Source: Candidatus Poribacteria bacterium
GTDB taxonomy: Bacteria; Poribacteria; WGA-4E; PCPOR2b
Reading direction: 5' to 3'
DNA length: 64,000 nt
Assembly (NCBI GenBank): GCA_022822785.1
Contig: JAJEAL010000080.1
Location: 448 to 64,447, forward strand
Shown: piece after piece, positions 56,974 to 64,000 of the stretch
Position numbering within the stretch: position 1 is the first letter of the stretch
Layout: the number at the start of each line of letters is the position of its first letter
Made by a program: the position numbers and the translations under genes
The notes under the pieces: model-generated
Told to the model about the DNA's origin: nothing
What the model saw: only the letters and a program-made list of their open reading frames with translations
Database searches by the model: none

Positions 56974-58212
56974 ATGACGGGAGATACGGGAATGCAATTT
57001 AATCGAGACCAATTCATGGAGGACGGGTATTTGGTATTGCGCGAGGTCATCCCACCGACTGAATTGGAAGATTTGTGCGCTGGTTACGATCGGATGGTAG
57101 ATCGACAACGTGGGATCTGGGCGTGCGAACGCAATCCAGACGATCCACCGGGCGGCGTATGGGAGACGGGTCCACAACCGCGGTTGGCGCTGCATCGGCG
57201 CCCTTTGCTAGACCTTATTGATAGGGAGACAGCGAACACAGCGGAAATCTGGCTGCACGAAAACACGCAGGGCGTTAGTACTCAGTTGATGGGAGAGCCG
57301 GATGCAGCCGTTACCGAAATGATGTTGATGTGCAGTCCGGTACGCGACCGGGGTCCTGCTGCTTGGCACCGCGACATCCATCCGATTGATACCGCCCCGC
57401 TACAGGCGTATATAGATGACATCATAGAAAACGGGCCGAGATATGTTCAGTGGAACATTCCGCTCTACGATGACAGTGTGTTGTGGGTGGTGCCCGGCAG
57501 CCACCTACGCATCAACACCGAAGAGGAGAACCGTCAGTTGTTGGCGGATCCGCACGTCCCCTTGCCCGGCGGCGTCCAAACGCATCTCAAGGGTGGTGAT
57601 GGTGTGGTCTACATCACCCCCATCCTCCATTGGGGCAGCAACTACAGCGCGAAGCTGCGGCGCACCATTCACGGCGGTTTCTGCAACTTCACGAAATATG
57701 AAGATTTGAGTTATACGAAAAATCTATCCGCTGAAGCCCAAGCCACACTGCAACGGTGGGACAAACGGAGTGAGCAGATGCAGGGTCGTACTGAGTCGGC
57801 ATTGCGAGCTGTTATTGAAAAAGATGGTTCCGCCTACCACGCTTCGCTAGACGCGATACATCCGGGCAGAGGTGAAAAGGGCAAAATGCTAACCACTATT
57901 TTTCTGTGTAAGGCGGCGTTTTTCATTAATCTCCGACGGAATCCGGGGGTTGAAGACGGTCCAGAAGACCTGCGTAAGCGCGGGACGAGCGCTCACCCAA
58001 CGACGCTGAACTGGGGACCTGAGTTCGCAGATCGTTTCACACCGCAGGAGGCAGAGACGTTATGGGACCGGTTTAAGCCGCTCGATGCCAAACTTCAAAG
58101 GGATGAGGAACATTTTTTCCCCGGCTTCCAATCGGGGCCGATGCGGTACTGTTTCAATGAAACACCCTCCGATTTCGGGGTAAAGGAATTCATCGGGATT
58201 TGGGAGAATTGA
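56974..58212 (+). CDS. long PhyH-like dioxygenase paralog (about 410 aa) with a C-terminal extension
   Basis: FMEDGYLVLREVI ... AWHRDIHP ... WVVPGSHLRINTEEENRQL ... HWGSNYSAKLRRT. Paralog of 48039..49241. Confidence 0.7.
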   Translation: MTGDTGMQFNRDQFMEDGYLVLREVIPPTELEDLCAGYDRMVDRQRGIWACERNPDDPPGGVWETGPQPRLALHRRPLLDLIDRETANTAEIWLHENTQGVSTQLMGEPDAAVTEMMLMCSPVRDRGPAAWHRDIHPIDTAPLQAYIDDIIENGPRYVQWNIPLYDDSVLWVVPGSHLRINTEEENRQLLADPHVPLPGGVQTHLKGGDGVVYITPILHWGSNYSAKLRRTIHGGFCNFTKYEDLSYTKNLSAEAQATLQRWDKRSEQMQGRTESALRAVIEKDGSAYHASLDAIHPGRGEKGKMLTTIFLCKAAFFINLRRNPGVEDGPEDLRKRGTSAHPTTLNWGPEFADRFTPQEAETLWDRFKPLDAKLQRDEEHFFPGFQSGPMRYCFNETPSDFGVKEFIGIWEN

Positions 58213-58267
58213 GAACTGCCCGTAAGTATAGTCCTGTGGGGCGTTAAATTTGGGAGAGGAGAAATAG

Positions 58268-59110
58268 ATGATCGTTGATGTGCACAGCCATTGTCTTCAA
58301 CCCGAGCACATGAGCGAAGCTAATCATCGCGCTAACGAGCGAGCGGGTTATCCGCCGATGCCACCGTTGTCGCCCGAAACGTACCTGAAAGCGATGGAGG
58401 TCGTTGACAAAGCGATTGTTTTCGGGGTGCGGGGCGTTTCTGCCGGAATGTACAGCCCGAACAATTTCACCGCTGAATGGGTCAAACACGCGCCGGACAA
58501 GCTGATCGGTTTCGCGGCGATAGATCCGACCGAGGAGGACCATCTAGAAGAGGTTGATCGGTGTGTGTCGGACTTGGGATTGCAGGGGATCAAACTCTAT
58601 CCCATGCTAGGGCGATACGATCCCACTGATCCCACCGTCGCCTTTCCCTTGTACGAAAAGGCGCAGCGGATGGGATTGCCGATCTTGTCGCACATGGGAA
58701 CGCATCCGGCCCCTCGGGCGATGCTCAAATACAGTTTGCCGATACTGATTGACGAAGTTGCCCAAGCGTTTCCAGACCTCAAGTTTATCATGGCGCATAT
58801 GGCACACCCGTGGCAGCGAGATTGTGCGGTTGTCTTGCGCAAGCACCCAAATGTCTACGCGGATGTCTCCGGTGGCGGGTGGGTCCGTCAGTGGCAAGGC
58901 TGGGAGGGGTTGATTGGCATGGTTGAGTGGGGTGTGACAGACAAACTCCTTTTTGGCTCGGATTTCCCGCTATGGACGCCGCAGGAGGGCATGGATGGGC
59001 TGCGCCGGCTGAACGACCAGCTCGAAGGTACGAAACTGCCGCGTATTCCGGAAGATGTGATTGAAGGGATTATCCACCGGGATTCGCTCGCGCTTCTGGG
59101 GTTGGAGTGA
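58268..59110 (+). CDS. amidohydrolase-2 family (PF04909-like) metal-dependent hydrolase
   Basis: MIVDVHSHCL ... IKLYP ... FIMAHMAHPW ... GSDFPLW. 280 aa. Confidence 0.7.
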   Translation: MIVDVHSHCLQPEHMSEANHRANERAGYPPMPPLSPETYLKAMEVVDKAIVFGVRGVSAGMYSPNNFTAEWVKHAPDKLIGFAAIDPTEEDHLEEVDRCVSDLGLQGIKLYPMLGRYDPTDPTVAFPLYEKAQRMGLPILSHMGTHPAPRAMLKYSLPILIDEVAQAFPDLKFIMAHMAHPWQRDCAVVLRKHPNVYADVSGGGWVRQWQGWEGLIGMVEWGVTDKLLFGSDFPLWTPQEGMDGLRRLNDQLEGTKLPRIPEDVIEGIIHRDSLALLGLE

Positions 59111-59341
59111 TAAGGTATCTATGTTTGCTGTACGTCACTTGAAAGGGAACTGTTCAGATGACGAGGGTTCTTTGTATCTCTGTCATATCTGGAGTCAGGG
59201 AATACCCCAGAGAGGTTGCGATGATAAAGTTGTTGGCCTCTGCCGAAGGGCGGTAGATTTATGAGAAGCTAGGTTTTGAATCATCGAATGAGATGGTTCT
59301 GTTGTGTGAATGAAGAGTTTTAGAGAAAGGATCCGCCCATT

Positions 59342-60118
59342 ATGCTTGATGTTGAGCTTATCGATCCCACTGAAGTTGAAAGAGCAGCGGCTATCTTCCA
59401 TCGAGATGGGTTTGTTCCCATCAGAGACGCGCTCAATCCCGAACAGCTTGCGTACGCCCAATCGGGTGCAGCCCGTGTCATTGCCCAGCAGATGAGGGAT
59501 ATTCCACTGGAGGAGGCAAACCGAGGATATGCCCGTTACTCTTTTGGTTCCCAGATCCATCACCCGGAATGGGTTCAGCTTATCGATTTACCGACGGTTT
59601 TACCGATAATAGATGCGATTTGGGGGAGTTCCGATTACATCTGTTCCGGCGGCGGTGGCGATTACTCGACGCCCGGCGCGCGGGAACAACAGCTCCACGC
59701 CGATATCAGAGATGTTTTCAACGATCCACTGAATCTAGTGACAATCCACGATGTGCCAACGCCGTATATCGTTGTGAATTTTCTTATGGTTGAATTCAAA
59801 AAGATTAACGGTGCCATTCGATTTGTGCCGGGGACCCATCGGACGCGTCAACCTGTGCCGGCGATAGACGAGGAGCCTGACCGTATGAAGGAATCGATTA
59901 TCTGTGCACCCGCCGGAACGGCGCTCATCCGGGATGTGCGTTGCTGGCACGGGGGCACCGCCAATAACTCGGCTGAGATTCGACCGATGACCAGTGTCGG
60001 TTACCTCGCGCCATGGTTTCGTTTGTCCGGTCTGGGACCATCACTTCCACGTGCGCTCTATGATACGCTGTCCGCCCGCGGTAAGGAGCTCACTCGGTTT
60101 ATCGTTCAGCCCGATTAA
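59342..60118 (+). CDS. PhyH-family Fe(II)/2OG dioxygenase
   Basis: FHRDGFVPIRDAL ... QQLHADIRD ... FVPGTHRT ... CWHGGTANNSAEIR. 258 aa. Confidence 0.7.
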   Translation: MLDVELIDPTEVERAAAIFHRDGFVPIRDALNPEQLAYAQSGAARVIAQQMRDIPLEEANRGYARYSFGSQIHHPEWVQLIDLPTVLPIIDAIWGSSDYICSGGGGDYSTPGAREQQLHADIRDVFNDPLNLVTIHDVPTPYIVVNFLMVEFKKINGAIRFVPGTHRTRQPVPAIDEEPDRMKESIICAPAGTALIRDVRCWHGGTANNSAEIRPMTSVGYLAPWFRLSGLGPSLPRALYDTLSARGKELTRFIVQPD

Positions 60119-60177
60119 GTGTGTTGTTGACCTCGATTCTGGTTTGTCTTTAGCGATTAAAGAACGGAGATGTACTG

Positions 60178-61227
60178 ATGAACGCTTTCGATCTGCGTGA
60201 ATTATCCGATGCCTCTGAAGTTTATCTCTGCCACGATGAGGGCTACTTTCCTGTCCTCATCAATCCACAAGATGAAGAAATTCTCGCTGTCCTGCGGGGC
60301 GGGGCCGGACATGTGGGGATAACCGGATGGCTGGATGCGGTGCGTTCACTAGATGGCGGCAAAACGTGGGGGCCGCCGACTGTTATTGTGGATACCGAGG
60401 TGGATGACCGCAATCCCGCAGTTGGGCACGCTCTTGATGGGACGGTCGTGGTTGCTTACCACGCTCAAGGGTCTTACAACAAGGATGGGAGTTGGGGGCA
60501 CAACTTGCGCCGTGTGCAAATGCGGCTCACGTGCTCGCACGATGGCGGTGTAACATGGGAACCATCTCAACCGCTCAACTACAAACCGATGGAAAAATGC
60601 TCTGCCTATGGTCGAATCTGTACCTTGACCGATGGAACGATGCTCCTGCCGATTTATGGGAGCGTTATCGGAACGTCGGAGCAGACAAATGATCATGCCT
60701 ACATTCTACGCTCATATGACAACGGGCAAACGTGGGGAGAACCCACTCTGATCGCTGCGGGTTACAACGAAACAGGGTTACTTCTCCTACCCAACGGTGA
60801 TTTGGTGGCTGCAATGCGCTCCGGTGATCAACGTGCCCTGCTGTCGGTGTCCCGTTCCACGGATGGAGGAACGACATGGACCGAACCTATTCCTGTCACC
60901 AATGACCGCGAACACCCTGCTGACTTGACGCTGCTTTCCAACGGCTGGATTCTCCTATTCTTTGGTGTGCGGCATGAGCCATTTGGGGTGAGTGCGCTCG
61001 TCAGTAAGGATAACGGACAAACTTGGGATGAACGGCGGTTGATTGTCTGTGACGATTTAGGCGACAATGATTTGGGTTATCCTTCTACGGTGAAGCTAGG
61101 TGATCGCCTCGTGACAGCATACTACTGCGCGCCGCGACAGTGGAATGCGCCGGATTTTCGTGGCGAGGGCACTTTCGCGCGAGCATTGCTCTACAGCGAA
61201 AGTGTGTTGTTGGCGGCAATTGTGTGA
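60178..61227 (+). CDS. BNR/Asp-box repeat sialidase-like propeller protein, no signal peptide
   Basis: Asp-boxes SLDGGKTWG, SHDGGVTWE, SYDNGQTWG, STDGGTTWT, SKDNGQTWD. 349 aa. Confidence 0.75.
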   Translation: MNAFDLRELSDASEVYLCHDEGYFPVLINPQDEEILAVLRGGAGHVGITGWLDAVRSLDGGKTWGPPTVIVDTEVDDRNPAVGHALDGTVVVAYHAQGSYNKDGSWGHNLRRVQMRLTCSHDGGVTWEPSQPLNYKPMEKCSAYGRICTLTDGTMLLPIYGSVIGTSEQTNDHAYILRSYDNGQTWGEPTLIAAGYNETGLLLLPNGDLVAAMRSGDQRALLSVSRSTDGGTTWTEPIPVTNDREHPADLTLLSNGWILLFFGVRHEPFGVSALVSKDNGQTWDERRLIVCDDLGDNDLGYPSTVKLGDRLVTAYYCAPRQWNAPDFRGEGTFARALLYSESVLLAAIV

Positions 61228-61277
61228 AACTGAACACGCCTTTTGCCCTGCTGGGGCTAAAGCGAGGAGCGGTGAAG

Positions 61278-63329
61278 ATGAAAAACGAAGATAAAGCGAA
61301 ACCACAACTGTTGGATGAACTAGTGGACATCCGTCAACGTATCTCGGAGTTAGAACAGGCAGGGGCACGGTATAGGGGGACCCTAGAAACTTTGGAGCAG
61401 ACAGGAAGGACCTATTACGATCTTTACGATAACGCTCCGGATATGTTCCTGTTCGTAGATGCTAGGACAGCTAAGGTTATCCGATGCAATCAGACGGTGG
61501 TCCAGGCACTGGGCTACACTAAAGAAGATATTATTGGTCAGTCTGTTTTCAGGATGTATCATCCAGATTGCATGGAGGAGGCAAATAAAGCGTTTCAAAC
61601 CTTTGTAGAAACGGGTGAAGTTCATGATGCCGAACTCGTGTTAAAGCGGAAAGATGGGAGCAAAATTGATGTGAGTTTGAACGTCTCATCGGTTCGCGAT
61701 GAAGAGGGAAATGTCCTGTACGGCAGGTCGGTGTGGCGCGATATTACTCGGCATAAGCAGGCGGAGAAGGCACTCCGGCAAAGCGAAACGCGATACCGTA
61801 CCCTTTTTGGTGAATCCAGAGATGCCATCTGTATCAACACCCGCGAGGGCAAAATCCTTGATGTTAATCAAGCAACGTTGCATCTTCTCGGTTATACCCG
61901 TGATGAATTAATCGGGATGAATGTCCGGAAATTATATGTTCGTCCTGAAGATCGAAGCTCGTTTCAGCAGGAGATTGAACGAAAGGGATCCGTTAGAGAC
62001 TATGAATTGAAATTCCGGAGGAAGGATGGGACGCGGATAGACTGTCTGCTCACCTCAACGGTGCGGCGCGCGGCTGACGGGACGGTGTTAGAGTACCAAG
62101 GTATTATCCGCGACATCACCGAACAGGTGAAGGCAGAAAGAGCGCTCCACGAGAGCGAGCAGCGATTTCGTCAGCTGGCAGCAAATCTGCGTGAGGTGTT
62201 CTGGCTGAGTTCTCTTGATGGGCGCCAAATCTATTTCATCAGTCCCGCGTATGAGGAGATTTCGGGGCGCAGCTGCGAGAGTCTAATAGCGCGTCCGGAA
62301 TCTTGGTTGGATGCTGTCCATCCCGAAGACAGGGAAGTCGTTCTCGCCAATTTGGAGAAGCAGAGCCGTGGAGAATTTGCCGAATATGAATACCGGATTA
62401 TACGCCCTGATGGGGAGGTCCGTTGGATTGAAACCCATGTCTCTCCGGTCCGCAACGAAGAAGGAGAAATTTACCGCTCCGCGGGGAGTGCGCAGGAAAT
62501 CACCAAACGCAAGCGAGCGGAGGCATTGGCGGAATCGCAGCAGCAGCAGTTAATTCAAGCGGACAAAATGGCATCGCTCGGAATTCTGGTCTCCGGGGTG
62601 GCGCATGAAATCAACAATCCGAATAACTTTATCATGCTCAACGGAGAAATTCTGTCCATGGCTTGGCAGAATATCATGCCAATCCTTCAGAAATACTACG
62701 AAGATAATGGCGATTTTCTTTTGGCCGGCATGCCGTACACCCGGGCACATGCGAAAATTGGTCAGTTGATTTCCGGTATCTCGGAAGGGGCAACCCGTAT
62801 TGGGAAAATTGTTGAGGCATTGGGCGGTTTTGCGCGTCAGGATGCGGGCGATTTGAATCAGACTGTTGATCCAAACACGGTCACCGAATCCGCGATGGTT
62901 ATTGTTAACAATTTAATCAAGAAATCGACCCATGCTGTGTCCGTTGATTTGGCGGAGAACTTACCCAAAATTCGGGGAAACCCACAGCAGCTCGAACAAG
63001 TTATCATCAATTTAATCACTAACTCCTGCCAAGCACTTCAATCGCCCCAAAAGCGCCTATTTATCTCAACATCGTATAACAATAGGTCGGACATGATTAC
63101 CATTAGGGTGCGAGATGAGGGTGAGGGGATTCCGCCTGAAAATTTGAACCACATCATTGAACCCTTTTTTACGACTAAGCGAGACACCGGCGGTACAGGT
63201 TTAGGCTTGTCAGTGTCCTATAATATCGTCAAGAATCATGGCGGTCATCTACATTTCACGTCGAGATTTGGCAAGGGCACGACTGCCACTGTTATGCTGC
63301 CCGTCTCTCGTCGGATTGTCATGGAGTAG
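61278..63329 (+). CDS. multi-PAS sensor histidine kinase (cytoplasmic)
   Basis: At least three PAS-like modules, then HisKA (ADKMASLGILVSGVAHEINNP) and HATPase_c (VRDEGEGIPPEN ... GGTGLGLS). The start is chosen at MKNEDKAKPQ; the ORF track starts at 61140. Confidence 0.8.
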   Translation: MKNEDKAKPQLLDELVDIRQRISELEQAGARYRGTLETLEQTGRTYYDLYDNAPDMFLFVDARTAKVIRCNQTVVQALGYTKEDIIGQSVFRMYHPDCMEEANKAFQTFVETGEVHDAELVLKRKDGSKIDVSLNVSSVRDEEGNVLYGRSVWRDITRHKQAEKALRQSETRYRTLFGESRDAICINTREGKILDVNQATLHLLGYTRDELIGMNVRKLYVRPEDRSSFQQEIERKGSVRDYELKFRRKDGTRIDCLLTSTVRRAADGTVLEYQGIIRDITEQVKAERALHESEQRFRQLAANLREVFWLSSLDGRQIYFISPAYEEISGRSCESLIARPESWLDAVHPEDREVVLANLEKQSRGEFAEYEYRIIRPDGEVRWIETHVSPVRNEEGEIYRSAGSAQEITKRKRAEALAESQQQQLIQADKMASLGILVSGVAHEINNPNNFIMLNGEILSMAWQNIMPILQKYYEDNGDFLLAGMPYTRAHAKIGQLISGISEGATRIGKIVEALGGFARQDAGDLNQTVDPNTVTESAMVIVNNLIKKSTHAVSVDLAENLPKIRGNPQQLEQVIINLITNSCQALQSPQKRLFISTSYNNRSDMITIRVRDEGEGIPPENLNHIIEPFFTTKRDTGGTGLGLSVSYNIVKNHGGHLHFTSRFGKGTTATVMLPVSRRIVME

Positions 63330-63436
63330 CGTTTTAGCCTTTCACCGGAAAACTAGCAGTAAGGGCATGATCCTCTGTCAGATAGCAAATCAATCACCGA
63401 ACCTCGTACTCTTACTTTTAGAATGGATCTGAGTGC

Positions 63437-64000
63437 ATGAACCCAACTACTTTTCCTGCCCTCCCTGTTTTACTAGTAGATGACGAAGCACAATTCCTCT
63501 TCAGTGCTAGTTTAAGCCTGAATTCGGAGGGCATTGATAATGTTGTAGAATGCCAAGATAGTCGTGATGTAATGTCGATTCTTTCCGAAGAAGACTTTTC
63601 CGTCGTTGTGTTGGATATGTTGATGCCGCATCTGTCAGGGTGGGAATTGCTCCCAACGATTGTGCGGGATTTCCCAGATATCCCAGTTATTATCATCACG
63701 GCGGTCAATGAGGTTAAGACAGCGGTTGACTGTATGAAGGAAGGGACTTTCGACTATTTGGTAAAACCTGTGGACAAGGTGCGTTTGGTAACGACAGTCC
63801 GGCGGGCGATAGAGGTTAGGGACTTACGCGATGAAAATACTCGACTTCGGGACTATCTGCTTTCCGACAAGCTAGAGCAGCCTGATGTGTTTTCCGAAAT
63901 TATCACCCAAAACTCTGTTATGCGATCTATTTTCCAATATATCGAAGCGATTGCCGAGAATGCGCTGCCGGTACTCATAACTGGGGAAACCGGTGTGGGT
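63437..64000 (+). CDS. sigma-54-dependent response regulator (NtrC-like: receiver plus AAA+), 3-prime truncated by the window edge
   Basis: Receiver domain LLVDDEAQF ... VVLDMLMPHLSGWELL ... KEGTFDYLVKP, then the start of the AAA+ domain with LPVLITGETGVG (Walker A). There is no stop codon before the window end. Confidence 0.8.
   Translation, partial: MNPTTFPALPVLLVDDEAQFLFSASLSLNSEGIDNVVECQDSRDVMSILSEEDFSVVVLDMLMPHLSGWELLPTIVRDFPDIPVIIITAVNEVKTAVDCMKEGTFDYLVKPVDKVRLVTTVRRAIEVRDLRDENTRLRDYLLSDKLEQPDVFSEIITQNSVMRSIFQYIEAIAENALPVLITGETGVG

Noticed and set aside
1-64000. CRISPR arrays, rRNA, tRNA, transposases and integrases
   Set aside because: No regularly spaced direct repeats, no rRNA-like segments and no cloverleaf-like candidates in the noncoding gaps. 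No ORF resembled a transposase or integrase.

Overview
This is chromosomal DNA (about 50% GC) from a bacterium with sigma70-like promoters. Nearly every ORF of 200 aa or more has a recognisable product. The housekeeping content is a partial division/cell-wall (dcw) cluster, murD-ftsW-murG-murC-[small RHH gene]-ftsQ-ftsA-ftsZ, followed by a TIGR03960-like radical SAM gene. Also present are nadA, a csp gene, holA, purH, a cysE-like gene and the futalosine menaquinone genes mqnA plus a radical-SAM mqnC/E-like gene. The accessory content is unusually rich in oxidative small-molecule enzymes. There are nine PhyH-family Fe(II)/2-oxoglutarate dioxygenase paralogs, three Gfo/Idh/MocA oxidoreductases, two cytoplasmic BNR/sialidase-like proteins and two amidohydrolase-2 proteins. 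There are also two DUF62 SAM hydroxide adenosyltransferase paralogs (one with a signal peptide), a ThuA-like protein, a HAD-II protein, a DUF429 protein, an enolase-superfamily protein, an O-methyltransferase and a creatininase-family protein. The 47-61 kb stretch looks like one catabolic or modification island. It contains duplicated PhyH->BNR and amidohydrolase-PhyH gene pairs and is bounded by a PAS histidine kinase and a sigma54-type response regulator. Two PhyH paralogs lack the canonical HxD/E iron motif. A low-GC (about 40%) orphan DNA methyltransferase sits between housekeeping genes. A near-leaderless ribbon-helix-helix (RHH) gene with a perfect TTGATA-17-TATAAT promoter occupies the murC-ftsQ slot where murB/ddl usually sit. 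I found no rRNA, tRNA, CRISPR array, transposase or integrase. All calls come from reading the six-frame translations and the DNA by eye. Family assignments rest on remembered motifs, and no database search was run.
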